In this document: positions 18,443 through 28,987 of the stretch, one piece after another | Layout: each line of letters begins with the position of its first letter | How positions within the stretch are numbered: the stretch's first letter is position 1 | Virus record (IMG/VR): IMGVR_UViG_3300005096_000071 | Coordinates: 1-64,000 of that record | DNA: 64,000 bases | Reading direction: 5' to 3' (one strand) | Origin: a virus | Notes under the pieces: model-generated | The model's input: only the letters and a program-made list of their open reading frames with translations | What the model was told of the DNA's origin: nothing | Databases searched by the model: none | Made by a program: the position numbers and the translations under genes

Positions 18443-18658
18443 ATGCCGAAGGCTACACGAACCCAGGTTCCTCGGAGCGGGGAGGAGCTGCGGATCAAGC
18501 CGCGCGAGACCGGGGAGTGCGAGGTGCACGACTGGCCATCCGAGGGGATGGGCCTGCGGCTAGTCCAGGCAATGCGGGACCGGCTCGCCAAGGGGATCAA
18601 CGCGTGTCGGCCCTGCCTCGATCGCGCGCTGGCCGACGCTAAGAAAGCCCGATCATGA
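18443..18658 (+). CDS. small Zn-binding-like protein
   Basis: CEVH..CRPC; element upstream. Confidence 0.65.
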   Translation: MPKATRTQVPRSGEELRIKPRETGECEVHDWPSEGMGLRLVQAMRDRLAKGINACRPCLDRALADAKKARS

Positions 18659-19020
18659 GCATCACGATCCAGCCGACGCCGTCTGCCAAGCGGTACCGGG
18701 ACCCCGGGGCCCCCACATTGAACGTGGGGATCGGAAACCTCGCCCCGCTGTTCGCGGTGGTCGGGATCGACCCCGGGGAGTACCACGCCGGAGACATCCC
18801 GGCGTCCGACGTGTGGGCCGCCTACCTGCTCTGCAATGCCGCGATGGCGGCGACCCCCGAGGCCTTTCTGGCGAGGGCTCGCATGATGCGGGGGGTGGTG
18901 CACGTCGGCCGCTTCACGGTGAACGCGGCGACCGATGAGGCCGCACTCCTGCGGCTCCGCGGCTTGAGCGACGTCCTACACTGGGCCGCCGTCGACAAAC
19001 GGGGGATCTCGTGGGATTGA
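18655..19020 (+). CDS. hypothetical protein
   Basis: ATGA coupling. Confidence 0.65.
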   Translation: MSITIQPTPSAKRYRDPGAPTLNVGIGNLAPLFAVVGIDPGEYHAGDIPASDVWAAYLLCNAAMAATPEAFLARARMMRGVVHVGRFTVNAATDEAALLRLRGLSDVLHWAAVDKRGISWD

Positions 19021-19022
19021 GG

Positions 19023-19529
19023 ATGCGGCCGCACAGCCTGTTCTGGGACGGCATCGGGTGGGCCGACGAGCGCTGCGGGTGCCGCTACCACCCAGACGAC
19101 GACAACGGCACCCACGGCGGTGCGCCCCACGTGCACCACTGCGCGGCGCATACTCCTGGCGTCCCCGCGGCGGTGGTCCGGCTCCGCGGCCGAATGGCGG
19201 CCTCCAAGTCGCTGTGGCGCCACCGTCGGAAGCTCCAGGGCAAGCGCCACCGGGAGCGGATGGACGTCCGCATGGCGTGGCTAAGGAGCGCCAAGGCGAA
19301 GCGGCACGAGTTATACGTGGCGCTGAAGCGGGCCGAGTCCGAGGCGCAGATGTACCGCGAGGCGCGGGACGTCGAGCGCGCAAAACTGGCCGAGATCGCG
19401 ACCGCAGTCTCCGACTCTATCCTCGCGGCGATCCGCAAGTTTCGCGCGATGAGTGACGAGGAGCGGTACGTGCTTGCGCAACTCGCCGAGCACCTTGAAA
19501 CGTTGATCGAAAACGACGCACTCGAATAG
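19023..19529 (+). CDS. hypothetical protein
   Basis: CGCRYH motif then coiled coil. Confidence 0.55.
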   Translation: MRPHSLFWDGIGWADERCGCRYHPDDDNGTHGGAPHVHHCAAHTPGVPAAVVRLRGRMAASKSLWRHRRKLQGKRHRERMDVRMAWLRSAKAKRHELYVALKRAESEAQMYREARDVERAKLAEIATAVSDSILAAIRKFRAMSDEERYVLAQLAEHLETLIENDALE

Positions 19530-19593
19530 ACCACCGCGCCCGCCGTCGCCCCGTCCTTCGCCTGCAGTGGGTGAGCGGCGGGGCATCGTGGGT

Positions 19594-19869
19594 ATGAGCC
19601 AGAAGATCATCGGCGACGCGTGGGAGTCGTATCAGGACGAACTGCTACAGAACGCGGGCACGATTCAACGCGTCGAAACCCGCAAGGCGTTCTACGCTGG
19701 CGCCATCGCTTGCCATGCCGGTGTGCTCGGCAAAATAAGCGACGACGTCGAACCGACCGCCGAGGATGTCGATGTGATCAAGGGGCTGGTCGCCGAGTTC
19801 GCCGAGTTCGCCGAGTTCGCGGCAGAGATGAAAGCGCTCGCCGAGCAAGTCAACGAAACGGCAAACTGA
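19594..19869 (+). CDS. conserved phage hypothetical protein
   Basis: QRVETRKAFYAGA motif; GCCGAGTTC x3 inside. Confidence 0.7.
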   Translation: MSQKIIGDAWESYQDELLQNAGTIQRVETRKAFYAGAIACHAGVLGKISDDVEPTAEDVDVIKGLVAEFAEFAEFAAEMKALAEQVNETAN

Positions 19870-20594
19870 TGTCAAAGACCATCGTCCAAACGAAACAGGG
19901 CCCGCTGGAGGTCATTCGTCGGATCAACGCGGCCGGACTTGTGACCGGCCGCGCCGTCGGACAGACCTTCAAGGCTGCCACGTGGGAGGAGGTCGAGACC
20001 TCGATCAAAGCCGCTTTTGCGAAGCCGCTCGAAATGACGGCGTACAAGGTGGTGAACGCAAGCGGGTTGCTCGACTACGACGACGTGCTCAGCGTCGAGG
20101 ATGCGAAGGTCTCGAACTACTTCGAAGGCCGCGGGCGGATAGTCGAGCGCCGCGGGTGGGGTGGGCGCTGGCACGATGACAAAACGGTCGCCGATGCTTT
20201 GAACCTCCACGACGACCGGGCCACGGTCGCATTCGAGACGACCGACGTTCGCGCCGCGACTCTCGAAGCGTGGAGAGTCGAGATCGAGGCGCACCACAGG
20301 ACGCTCCACGCCGCATTCCGCTGCCCCGATGAAGTTGTGATCGGGTTGCTCGATGCGGGCCGACCGTTGGCCGACTTGCTTGAAATCGGCGACGACTTAC
20401 TACGCAAAGAGGAGGCCGCCAAAGAGGCCGAACGCGCAGCGCGGATGGTATCTTACGGCGAGGATTGTACTGCGTGTGGGGCTCGCGGCCTGGACGGCGA
20501 CATGGCCGGCTGTGACGAGTGCGGGGCGGACGGGTGCCTGGCATGCATCAAAGACGACATCTGCGGGGACTGTCGCGCCCAGGGGGCCAAGTGA
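19869..20594 (+). CDS. hypothetical protein with a C-terminal Cys-rich Zn finger
   Basis: TGATG coupling; four CxxC pairs. Confidence 0.65.
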   Translation: MSKTIVQTKQGPLEVIRRINAAGLVTGRAVGQTFKAATWEEVETSIKAAFAKPLEMTAYKVVNASGLLDYDDVLSVEDAKVSNYFEGRGRIVERRGWGGRWHDDKTVADALNLHDDRATVAFETTDVRAATLEAWRVEIEAHHRTLHAAFRCPDEVVIGLLDAGRPLADLLEIGDDLLRKEEAAKEAERAARMVSYGEDCTACGARGLDGDMAGCDECGADGCLACIKDDICGDCRAQGAK

Positions 20595-20832
20595 AGCTCG
20601 CCCGTTGTGCCTGCGGCCGTCCTCAGCCATCGAAGATTACGATCGAGGGCATCGGCGGCGGCGAGGTCTCGGCGTACTACGACCCGGAGGCTGGGTCCTG
20701 GTATTACAAGACCCACACCGGGTCAGGAGGTGCAATCAGGACCGCCGCCGAGGTGATGTATTGGGCCGGCTACTGGGACGGGCGCCGCGCGCAGTCGTCC
20801 GATGTCGCCGCGGTGCTTAGCCCCGAGCGACC

Positions 20833-22614
20833 CTAGGCGGCCGCCGCGAACGCGAACGTCTCTCGGACTGCCCGCCATGCCATCAGCGGCGAGTTGCTCA
20901 GCTCGTCGTCGGTGTTACCTGCGCCGCCGGTGTTGTCGACCTCGAACTCCTCGGGCCACGCCGCGTCGGGGTCGCGGTTCGGCATGGTACTGCCCACCGA
21001 GCCGCGCGTCCGGTATTCGGTCGCCGCTCCAGCCGTCGACCCCAACCCGCCGCCGCCCGCTGGGGTGAAGTCGTCCCACGTCCCGCGCTCGTCGACCCAT
21101 TTGTCGGTGTGGCCATTCTCGCCCGCGCCCTGCCCGTTCTCCGCAAAGAAGATCGCAGTCAATGTCACGATCGCGCCGCCACCGATGAGGCCGAAGTTTA
21201 CGCCGAACGAGATCACGGCGTTGGCCCCGAGTGCTTCCGTCCCGATCTCGACGGGCGTCCCAAGCGTCATCGTGTTGTAGGCGTTTGCGGTAGTGAGGCC
21301 GAACGCACCGGTGTCCGCGATCAACGTCGGCGCCGTGGTGGATGGTGCGTCAAGTGTCGTCCACTGGTACCAACTTGTCCCGATATCCTCGTTTACCCCG
21401 AGCGCCCCGATGGCAAACCGGACCTGCGTCACCCGGGTATCGGTCCACTGCGGGGCGCCTCGGCGGAAGTGCAGACCCTCCTGGTCAATGATGCCCGGCC
21501 CGGCCGAGCCCTGGGTTCCGTGTGCCGGGTCGGTGTTTTGGTCACCGATCCACGTGTCGATGTTTCCGTTCGGGTACGCGCCGCCAGCATCTTCAAGCTC
21601 GAAGATGATCCCCGCGGGGGTGACCGATGAGAGCAGAGCCGACACGGTCGGCGTGTACGCTGACCCAAACGAGGTGGCGGGGTTCGAGATTGAGTCGTCG
21701 ACCACCAGCCGCTCGGCCGTGTCGAAGTTTCCGACAGCCACGGGGGCGTCGGCAAAGTTGCGGAATCCGACGTCGCCGGTGCTGCTCCGCCACATCACCC
21801 ACAACTCGTCGGTGGATCCGATCGCGAGCGGCTCCGGAAAGACGATAATCGATCGGTCGCCCTCGACGGCCGGAGCGGCCACGAGGAACTCGCCGAGGAT
21901 CTCGATTTCGCCAGGGTTGGCCGAGTAGGCTGGCCCTCGTCCGAGTGCCAGTAACGGCTCGAAGTCGTCGGCACCATTCGGGCGGCCTTGGATGTCCAGG
22001 CCGAGCGCTCGGCCTGTCCTGGACAGCGTTGCGCCTGGCGATTCCAGGTGCTGCATCAGCGTCCCGCCGGCCGGCGTGTACCGCAGGTTCTGCGCGGTGG
22101 CGCCGAGGAAATCACGCTGAAAGCCCCACATCCCGCGCAGTGCGGTGTCCGGTGTCATGACGCCACCGGTGAGTCGGTTCACGCCCGGCCAGTCCACGGC
22201 CGACCCGTTGACGGTGTTCGCGACCCCGAACGTGTCGAGGGCGCCGGCGACCTGGCCGGCGATGTATGCCGCCGAGCGAGCCACTCCGCCCAGGTCGATC
22301 TCAGCGTATCGCCCAGCGGGCACGTTCTGGACATCTGTCACCCAGTTGCGGGGGTCCGCGCCCGATCCGTTGTGCCGGATCGAGATCACGTAGCGCAGGC
22401 CGTCCGTGGTCCACGAAAGCCACGAGCGGGACATCTGCCCACCCACGAGCGCCCGCCGCAGGTGGAGGATGTCGACCGGGTAGAGATCCGACGCGACCGC
22501 GACAAACCGCGAGATCGGGTCTCCCACCTGTTCGCGGTTCGGGTTCGTCGTCCCGCTCCAGGGGTCGCCGCCCCACGTCCCTCCGATCGATGCCCCTACC
22601 ACCTCGGGGAGCAT
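20833..22614 (-). CDS. large beta-rich, virion-like protein
   Basis: 593 aa, Gly/Thr/Asp rich; ATG at 22614. Confidence 0.65.
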   Translation of the reverse strand: MLPEVVGASIGGTWGGDPWSGTTNPNREQVGDPISRFVAVASDLYPVDILHLRRALVGGQMSRSWLSWTTDGLRYVISIRHNGSGADPRNWVTDVQNVPAGRYAEIDLGGVARSAAYIAGQVAGALDTFGVANTVNGSAVDWPGVNRLTGGVMTPDTALRGMWGFQRDFLGATAQNLRYTPAGGTLMQHLESPGATLSRTGRALGLDIQGRPNGADDFEPLLALGRGPAYSANPGEIEILGEFLVAAPAVEGDRSIIVFPEPLAIGSTDELWVMWRSSTGDVGFRNFADAPVAVGNFDTAERLVVDDSISNPATSFGSAYTPTVSALLSSVTPAGIIFELEDAGGAYPNGNIDTWIGDQNTDPAHGTQGSAGPGIIDQEGLHFRRGAPQWTDTRVTQVRFAIGALGVNEDIGTSWYQWTTLDAPSTTAPTLIADTGAFGLTTANAYNTMTLGTPVEIGTEALGANAVISFGVNFGLIGGGAIVTLTAIFFAENGQGAGENGHTDKWVDERGTWDDFTPAGGGGLGSTAGAATEYRTRGSVGSTMPNRDPDAAWPEEFEVDNTGGAGNTDDELSNSPLMAWRAVRETFAFAAAA

Positions 22615-22619
22615 ACCGC

Positions 22620-22648
22620 TGGACAATGCCCATGGTGTCGTGTACATT
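22620..22648 (+). promoter_or_regulatory. half element (TGGACA-N17-TACATT, no upstream GTGCAC)
   Basis: GTGTACATT-N6-GCA-ATG. Confidence 0.65.
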
Positions 22649-22657
22649 GGCTGGGCA

Positions 22658-22990
22658 ATGACGCAACACAACGAAGCAGAGCGGATCGGGGTTGGCCGGA
22701 CAGACTACGCGGAGCGCCGCGAGGCCCGGGTGGACCGGCTCGAAGCGGCGGCAGCCACGGCCCAGACCAAGAGCAACGCGGCGCACGCGGGGGTCAAGGC
22801 GATCACGGACCACATCCCGATGGGACAGCCGATTTTGGTAGGGCACCACAGCGAAAAACGCGCGCGACGCGACCAGGACCGGATCCAAAACGGGACGCGC
22901 CGAGCCTTCGCGGCTGACGATGCCGAGCGGCTCCGATGCCGAGCGCGGTCCGCTGAGCGGAACACGGCGATCTCATCCGACGACTGCAGA
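22658..22990 (+). pseudogene. DUF3560-like protein, apparently truncated
   Basis: HIPMGQPILVGHHSEKRARRD and ISSDD motifs, then degenerate sequence. Confidence 0.65.
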
Positions 22991-23520
22991 GTTCGACGGT
23001 TGGCGCTTTCGCGTCCCGGACGCCGAGGGGAAACGACGAATGGATCTGTGCTCGGACTGCTTAGAAAAACGCGCGGGGGGAGAGTAGGTGGATCCGGCCG
23101 AGATCGCGCGGTTCATCGCCGAACAGCACACGCCCTGGCGGTACGTGCTGCACAAGCGATACACGGCGGACGGGATCGCGGGGTTGCTACAGCTCTTGGC
23201 GGAGACGCAAGACGAGCTAGAGAACGCCAAGAACACGCTGTCGCTGGCCACCGGAGGGTGCCTATGACGCGCAAGGGCCACAACCCCTACGGGCTCGTCA
23301 ACGACTGGCGGGGGCGTTGCTGGGGTGAAGGGTTCGCCGCCCGCGAGGCGTTGCGGGACCCCATGACGCAGCGGCAGCAGCGGGAGGGTTGCGTGGGGTC
23401 GGGTGACGTCGAGATCGCGACGGAGGTCTGGGTCACGATCTGGGACGAAAGCGGATCCAGCACGACGATCCCGCACCACACCCGCCGCGTGCCGCAGTGC
23501 TCGGCCGACGAGGTGGTCCC

Positions 23521-23850
23521 GTGATCGCCTACGACCCGTCAGCTGAGGCGGCCCGTATGGTCGCCATCGGTAACCCGGTCCGAACTGACGGCCCGGGTGG
23601 GCGAGTCCGCCGCGATCGCTGCCAGCACTGCGATCGCACAACAGGCCCCCGCGGCGACGATCCCTGCATCGAAAACCTCCCTGGCGGCATCATGAACGCG
23701 TGTTGCGGCCACGGCCATCCGGAGGTGGCGTACATCCAACACTCACCAGAACGTTTAGTCCGCGGTGCCGACGCACTCGCGACCATGAGGGCGCTTCGGC
23801 CCAGGGCGGGGCGCTCACACTGGACAGCTCCACCGGAGGTCGCGCCGTGA
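23521..23850 (+). CDS. Cys-rich phage protein
   Basis: CQHC..DPCIENLPG..NACCGHG motif. Confidence 0.6.
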   Translation: MIAYDPSAEAARMVAIGNPVRTDGPGGRVRRDRCQHCDRTTGPRGDDPCIENLPGGIMNACCGHGHPEVAYIQHSPERLVRGADALATMRALRPRAGRSHWTAPPEVAP

Positions 23851-24216
23851 TCGCCTGCGACCCGTTCGACCCTGGAGAGTTCGGACCGTGTCCGGTGTGT
23901 GGCGGCGGGCTGTCCGAAAACTGCTCGGTGCAGTGCCCCGCCCACTCGATCTCGCGGAGGCACCAGGCCATCACGTGCACGGCCTACCGCTCAGGGAAAC
24001 GTGAGCCAATGAAGCTCCCGCCGAACCCGGTTTCAATCGACCCGGATCCCACCCCGCCGGGGCCAAGGCGCCGCACGCCATCCGAGATCGCAGAGGACCT
24101 CGAAATGTGGGCCGACTGCGTGGAGTGCACCGACAAGGATCTGGCCCTGGAGGCCGCGACCCGCCTACGCGAGCACGAGACCGCCGCGCTCAGTCTCGCG
24201 GTTGCACTCGCGAAAG

Positions 24217-24256
24217 GTGCACGATAAAGCTTGCGCCGCACTCCGTGGGCGTGTAC
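24217..24256 (+). promoter_or_regulatory. repeated element 14
   Basis: GTGCAC-N8-TTGCGC-N17-TACGAC. Confidence 0.8.
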
Positions 24257-24269
24257 GACGAGCGTAGCA

Positions 24270-25532
24270 ATGACCAAAATAATCGAACTACAGGCCTGTA
24301 ACTTCAAGCGGCTAAAGGCCGTGCACATTCGCCCTGATGGCCACACGGTGGTGCTCGGCGGCGGGAATGCGGAGGGGAAGACGTCTGTGTTGGACGCGAT
24401 CCAAGCTGCATTGGGTGGGGGCCGAGCTGCACCAGTGGAGCCGATTCGCCGCGGATGCTCGCGCGCCGAGGTTAGGCTGGAGTTAGACGAGTTGATCGTC
24501 ACGCGCTCGTTCTCGGGCGCGGGCTCCAAGATTGAGGTCCGGAGCAAGGAGTTTGGTAAGCTAAAATCGCCCCAAGCTGTTCTGGACAAACTGACGGACT
24601 CGCTGTCATTCGACCCACTGGCGTTCAGCCGCATGAAACCGGCCGACCAGGCGGAGACGCTTCGCGAGTTGGTGGGCCTGGACACCGGAGGGGTGGATGG
24701 AGAGATCCTCCAGCTCACAGAGGAGCGCAAGACGGCGAACCGCGAGGTAAAGCGTCTACAGGGCGTCGCTGATAGCTGCACCTTTCACAGAGAGGCGCCC
24801 GAACTAATAGTGTTGGTGGGGGACCTCGCCAACGACCTGGAGAGAGCATCAGCGCACAACGCCGAGCGGGATGGTCTGCTGAAGTCCGCGCACGCCAGTG
24901 ATCTGAAGCGGGAGCGGCGAGAGCAGAAGATACAGGATCTTGAGGCAATGCTCGCGGAGTACCGCCAGGAGATCGAGGACCTACGAGGGGCGGCTGAGAA
25001 GTGGCGCGGCGAGGCCCACGAGGTGGATGTGAAGGACACGGACGCGATCCGTACCGACCTCAACGAGGCGGAAGCGATCAACGAAAAGGTGCGAGACAAC
25101 ATCGCCTACCGAAACGCCCAACTGGAGCTGCACGCGGCGAAGGAGGCCGCGGGCAGCTTGGACAAGTCGCTGGACGGCGCGCGTTCCCGACGCCGCGAAC
25201 TGATCGAGGCGGTCACGTTCCCGATCGAGGGACTCGCTGTTTCGGACGCCGGAGTGACGTTTCGAGGGTTCGCGTTCGACCAGGCGTCCGGTGCGGAGCA
25301 GTTGAAGGTATCGGCGGCGATCGGGATCGCGATGAACCCGGATCTACGAGTACTGCTGATCCGAGACGGGTCACTGCTGGACAACGAGTCACTGCAAGCC
25401 CTGGGGGTGTTAGCGGAGGACGCCGACGCGCAACTGTGGATCGAGCGGGTCGGCGACGGCGACGAGGTCTCGGTCGTGATCGAGGACGGCGAGGTGGCCG
25501 AGCATAGGCCGTCGACAATAAGTACACAATAA
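24270..25532 (+). CDS. SbcC/SMC-like AAA ATPase
   Basis: NFKRLK, Walker A GGNAEGKTS, coiled coil, ASGAEQ signature, LLIRDGSLLD. Confidence 0.9.
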   Translation: MTKIIELQACNFKRLKAVHIRPDGHTVVLGGGNAEGKTSVLDAIQAALGGGRAAPVEPIRRGCSRAEVRLELDELIVTRSFSGAGSKIEVRSKEFGKLKSPQAVLDKLTDSLSFDPLAFSRMKPADQAETLRELVGLDTGGVDGEILQLTEERKTANREVKRLQGVADSCTFHREAPELIVLVGDLANDLERASAHNAERDGLLKSAHASDLKRERREQKIQDLEAMLAEYRQEIEDLRGAAEKWRGEAHEVDVKDTDAIRTDLNEAEAINEKVRDNIAYRNAQLELHAAKEAAGSLDKSLDGARSRRRELIEAVTFPIEGLAVSDAGVTFRGFAFDQASGAEQLKVSAAIGIAMNPDLRVLLIRDGSLLDNESLQALGVLAEDADAQLWIERVGDGDEVSVVIEDGEVAEHRPSTISTQ

Positions 25533-25561
25533 GACTTGCGGAGCATTACTCGGCGGTGTAC
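25522..25561 (+). promoter_or_regulatory. repeated element 15
   Basis: GTACAC-N8-TTGCGG-N17-TACATA. Confidence 0.8.
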
Positions 25562-25573
25562 ATAGTAAGGGCA

Positions 25574-25801
25574 ATGGCGAAGAGAAAGAAGACACGGCGG
25601 TCGATCAGCGTGAAGGGCGCTACCTACCGCATGTTCAAGGTCCTGGCGGAGCGCCGGGGCCTCCCGGTCTCGGCGCTCACTGAGCAAGTGATGCTCCGCG
25701 AGCTTGACGGGACGGGGATCGTTGATCCAGGAGCGGCGCCGGTCGCACCGGCAACCTCAACCGAGCCCGAGGCGATTCCCTCGGCGCACTTCACGTTCTG
25801 A
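25574..25801 (+). CDS. ribbon-helix-helix DNA-binding protein
   Basis: RRSISV strand, GATYRMFKVLAERRG, LPVSALTEQVM. Confidence 0.7.
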   Translation: MAKRKKTRRSISVKGATYRMFKVLAERRGLPVSALTEQVMLRELDGTGIVDPGAAPVAPATSTEPEAIPSAHFTF

Positions 25802-26247
25802 TGGCCGTCCCAAAAAAATCGTACTCCTTCCCCGTAGGTGACTGGGAACCGGTGCGCGACGGCGAGGCTTATTGCTCGCGAGCGTGCGGTGCGAGCTGCA
25901 CCCGCGAGGCCTACGCGGCCGCTCATGAGGCAGCCGACAGACTCGCGGCGCGCCTGTACAGCGGTGTGGGTTCGCCCTGGACCACGCGAGTCTGGGAGAA
26001 CCTCGGGTGGCACTGGGAGGTCCGGTCGGATTGTGGGCACTGGTCGGTATCTCCTGCTCGTCTTTTTGGTGACACCGACGGGTACACCGCCATGCTCGGC
26101 TTGGCGGACGAATGCCATGGAGGCCGGTGGTACGCGAACGCCGACACACCCGAGAAAGCGATCGAGGAGACGCGAAAAACGGCGTTGGCTGAGATCCGCG
26201 ACCTCGCGAGCTGGCTCGGGATGAAGCTCAAAAAGGCGAAGTCGTGA
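25801..26247 (+). CDS. conserved phage hypothetical protein
   Basis: YCSRACG..WTTRVWENLGWH; coupled start. Confidence 0.7.
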   Translation: MAVPKKSYSFPVGDWEPVRDGEAYCSRACGASCTREAYAAAHEAADRLAARLYSGVGSPWTTRVWENLGWHWEVRSDCGHWSVSPARLFGDTDGYTAMLGLADECHGGRWYANADTPEKAIEETRKTALAEIRDLASWLGMKLKKAKS

Positions 26248-26534
26248 ACGGTCCCAGCATCGTCATACGAGCGGAGATCCGCCGCACTTCGGACGGTGAA
26301 GTGCGGACATACGATGAGAATTACACCGTAGACGATCCCATCGATTGCGCGGTGTACCAGTGGACCCTCGGGAACTACGGGTGCGACTGCAATCGTCGGT
26401 TGTTTTGGATGCGCGCCGATGGCCAGGAAGTGTTCGCGTGTGAACCCGATGCGCCACCTTGTACGACAGGTCTCTATGTGGTGCGCCTGCTGGTCGGAGA
26501 CAGGGTGCTGCTTGATGAGTGGGTCGAGTCATGA
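26244..26534 (+). CDS. conserved phage hypothetical protein
   Basis: W..GNYGCDCNR motif. Confidence 0.7.
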   Translation: MNGPSIVIRAEIRRTSDGEVRTYDENYTVDDPIDCAVYQWTLGNYGCDCNRRLFWMRADGQEVFACEPDAPPCTTGLYVVRLLVGDRVLLDEWVES

Positions 26535-26770
26535 GCGGGTGGGACTTACTCATCGCGTTCGGGTACGTGCACGCGACCGCGGCCATTATTGTGCTGTTGG
26601 TGATCGTTCCGTTACTGTGGGTAAAAGACAAGCGTGGGGGGGAACCAGACCAGGAGAGCGACGACGCATTCGGTACGGCCTCGCTTGAGGAGCGGCGGAA
26701 GATGATAGCTGGGGAGTACCCTTGGGCATCCATGTCCAAATCGGTTTACACCAATAAAGACACCGAGTGA
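26531..26770 (+). CDS. small membrane protein
   Basis: One hydrophobic segment. Confidence 0.55.
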   Translation: MSGWDLLIAFGYVHATAAIIVLLVIVPLLWVKDKRGGEPDQESDDAFGTASLEERRKMIAGEYPWASMSKSVYTNKDTE

Positions 26771-27258
26771 TGACGAAGCAAGATTTCACAATGGACCACT
26801 CCGGCAACATCGAGGGCGGCAGCCGTGCTTTCGCCATCGGCGAGGAGTTCGATGCGTTCGGCGAAACATGGGAAGTAGTCAGCGAGGTCGAAGTCCGTCG
26901 AGTGGCCCGAGTCAACGCCCTGACACTCGGCGATCTGTTCCTCGACGCGATGGAGGGCTCGGAGTTTGAAGCCGCGATCAGTGTGATCGAGGGAGGCGCC
27001 GGCGCCTCGGGGACAATAATCGCCTTCACGGAGGTGGTAACGGAGCTGTTCCGGGCACGAGAGAAACACGCCGATATGCCGACCCCGCACCACGGGATCG
27101 CCGTGCTCACCGAGGAACGCGACGAGCTGTGGGACGAGATCAAAAAGAAGGACGCCGACCGCGATCCGGAGGCAATGCGAACCGAGGCTACGCAGATCGC
27201 CGCGATGGCGATCCGTTTCAAGCGGGATATCTGCGATGGTGGGAAGCACGACCGATGA
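26770..27258 (+). CDS. MazG-like NTP pyrophosphohydrolase domain protein
   Basis: LTEERDELWDEIKK..EATQIAAMAIRF. Confidence 0.65.
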   Translation: MTKQDFTMDHSGNIEGGSRAFAIGEEFDAFGETWEVVSEVEVRRVARVNALTLGDLFLDAMEGSEFEAAISVIEGGAGASGTIIAFTEVVTELFRAREKHADMPTPHHGIAVLTEERDELWDEIKKKDADRDPEAMRTEATQIAAMAIRFKRDICDGGKHDR

Positions 27259-27620
27259 GACGCTTAGCCCTACACATCGCGGTTCGCATCGCCGCAGTTG
27301 CGATCGCGGCATGGTCGAGCGGTTGTGTTGGCGTCGTCGACGATGCCTTCACCGATGCCGCGACCCTCATCGAGTCGGAGGAGGAGGCCAACCCGTGCGG
27401 CCCCGTCCTGGACTGCATGATGGGAGCGTGCACGTACCAGCACCACGCCTCCGGGTCTCGGGCCCAGGGATACGTTGCCGGATGCGTCGAGGCCTGCATG
27501 GGAGTGCTCGAAGTCGCAGAGGAGGACCGGTGGGTGCGCGGAGCCGCGGGCCGAGCCTTCGCATCGTGTGAGACCGACGCCGACGACTGTGGCGATCTTG
27601 TTTTGGAGTGTGTGGAATGA
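27255..27620 (+). CDS. Cys-rich putative lipoprotein
   Basis: Signal peptide ending SSGC; many Cys. Confidence 0.6.
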   Translation: MRRLALHIAVRIAAVAIAAWSSGCVGVVDDAFTDAATLIESEEEANPCGPVLDCMMGACTYQHHASGSRAQGYVAGCVEACMGVLEVAEEDRWVRGAAGRAFASCETDADDCGDLVLECVE

Positions 27621-28437
27621 CTGACCGAATCGAATGGACAAAACGGGAGCGGGCGCACGGCGATCCGCATTGGGTTGCGAGTTTTGGGCCGTATGCGCTC
27701 ACTGTCACCGTTGGGTGCCCTTGGATCTGGACGTGGGAGATCGACCATCCCGATCACGGCGAGGAGGCGCGATCCGACGACGATTGGGACTACCAGGAGG
27801 TCGCGAAAGCGCAGCAACGTTGCGAGCTGATGGCGCGGGCGCTGCTCATCGGAGCGGACACCGACATCGGCGCGGCGGTGCCCGACGACTTCGGCGCGTC
27901 GCTCCAACTCTCACTGCTTCGCGGCGGGGTCGAGAACACGCGGGCCTCGATGGCCCTCGGCGGCAAGGCGCTCCGCGCTGCTAGCGATGGCGACACCGAG
28001 AAGGCGCTCCACCACGACGTGCTGGCGGGCCCCGGGCCTGGCCGCACCTCCCCCAGCCGCCGGACCTCGACACGGCGACGTGGCGCGCGCTGTGCCGCTA
28101 CTTGGCGAGCGGGGTCCACGGCCGAACGCCTGATCCGGCCCACTTGCGGGCAGAGCAGAAACGCAAGCTGGTGAGCGCTGGCTACATCAACAACGACGGC
28201 GCACTGACCGACAAGTGCATCGAGGCCCATGAGAAGGCCCCAATGAAGGAGTACACCGTGGTGGCGTCGTGCACGATTAGCCTGCATACGACCGTGAAGG
28301 CCAAGACCGAAGCGGAGGCGATAGAGATCGCGAACTGCCGCGACATCGGGGCGATCTTCGATCAGACCGATGCCGCCGAGGAGTGGGCAACATCAGGCGA
28401 GATCGACGGGACCCCTTTCGAGGTGTCGGTGGAAAAG

Positions 28438-28987
28438 TGAAACGGACGCCGCACATCATCCCCGATCGCCTATGGGTCCGCGAGTCGTTCCGGTTCCCTG
28501 CTGCCCAGGACGAGGTCTCACCGGCAGTCGTCGGAACTAGAAGCGTAAACGCGGGATATAACGAGCCGTGGTGTCCGACTGAATACGCCGATGGGTGCAC
28601 CAGGAACGACAACAGCGTTGGCCCGTTTGGTCGCAAGCGATCCGCGATGCACATGCCACGGTGGGCGAGCCGCATCGTCTTGGAGATCACCAATGGGACC
28701 GTTCACGACTTCGCCTTTTTGAGCTGCTCCGGGCGGAGCGCCTATGGTCCATCACAGAGGCCGAGGCGGAAGCTGAGGGCGTCGGCCAGCTTGAGCTAAT
28801 AGGACCGTCGCAACGGCTACCTCGTGACGACCAGGGACGAACGCAGGGTACCCACCCCTTCACGATCTCGTTCGCGTCCCGGTGGGACACCACCAACGCC
28901 TCGCGCGGCTTCCCGTGGGTGGACAACCCTTGGGTGTGGGTCGTCGGGTTTCGCAGGACACAAGCACATGACTCAGAATCCATTTGA
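28438..28987 (+). pseudogene. ASCH/PUA-like phage protein split across two frames
   Basis: DRLWVRE and HMPRWASRIVLEIT in one frame; ERLWSITEAEAEAEG..NPWVWV in the -1 frame. Confidence 0.7.
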
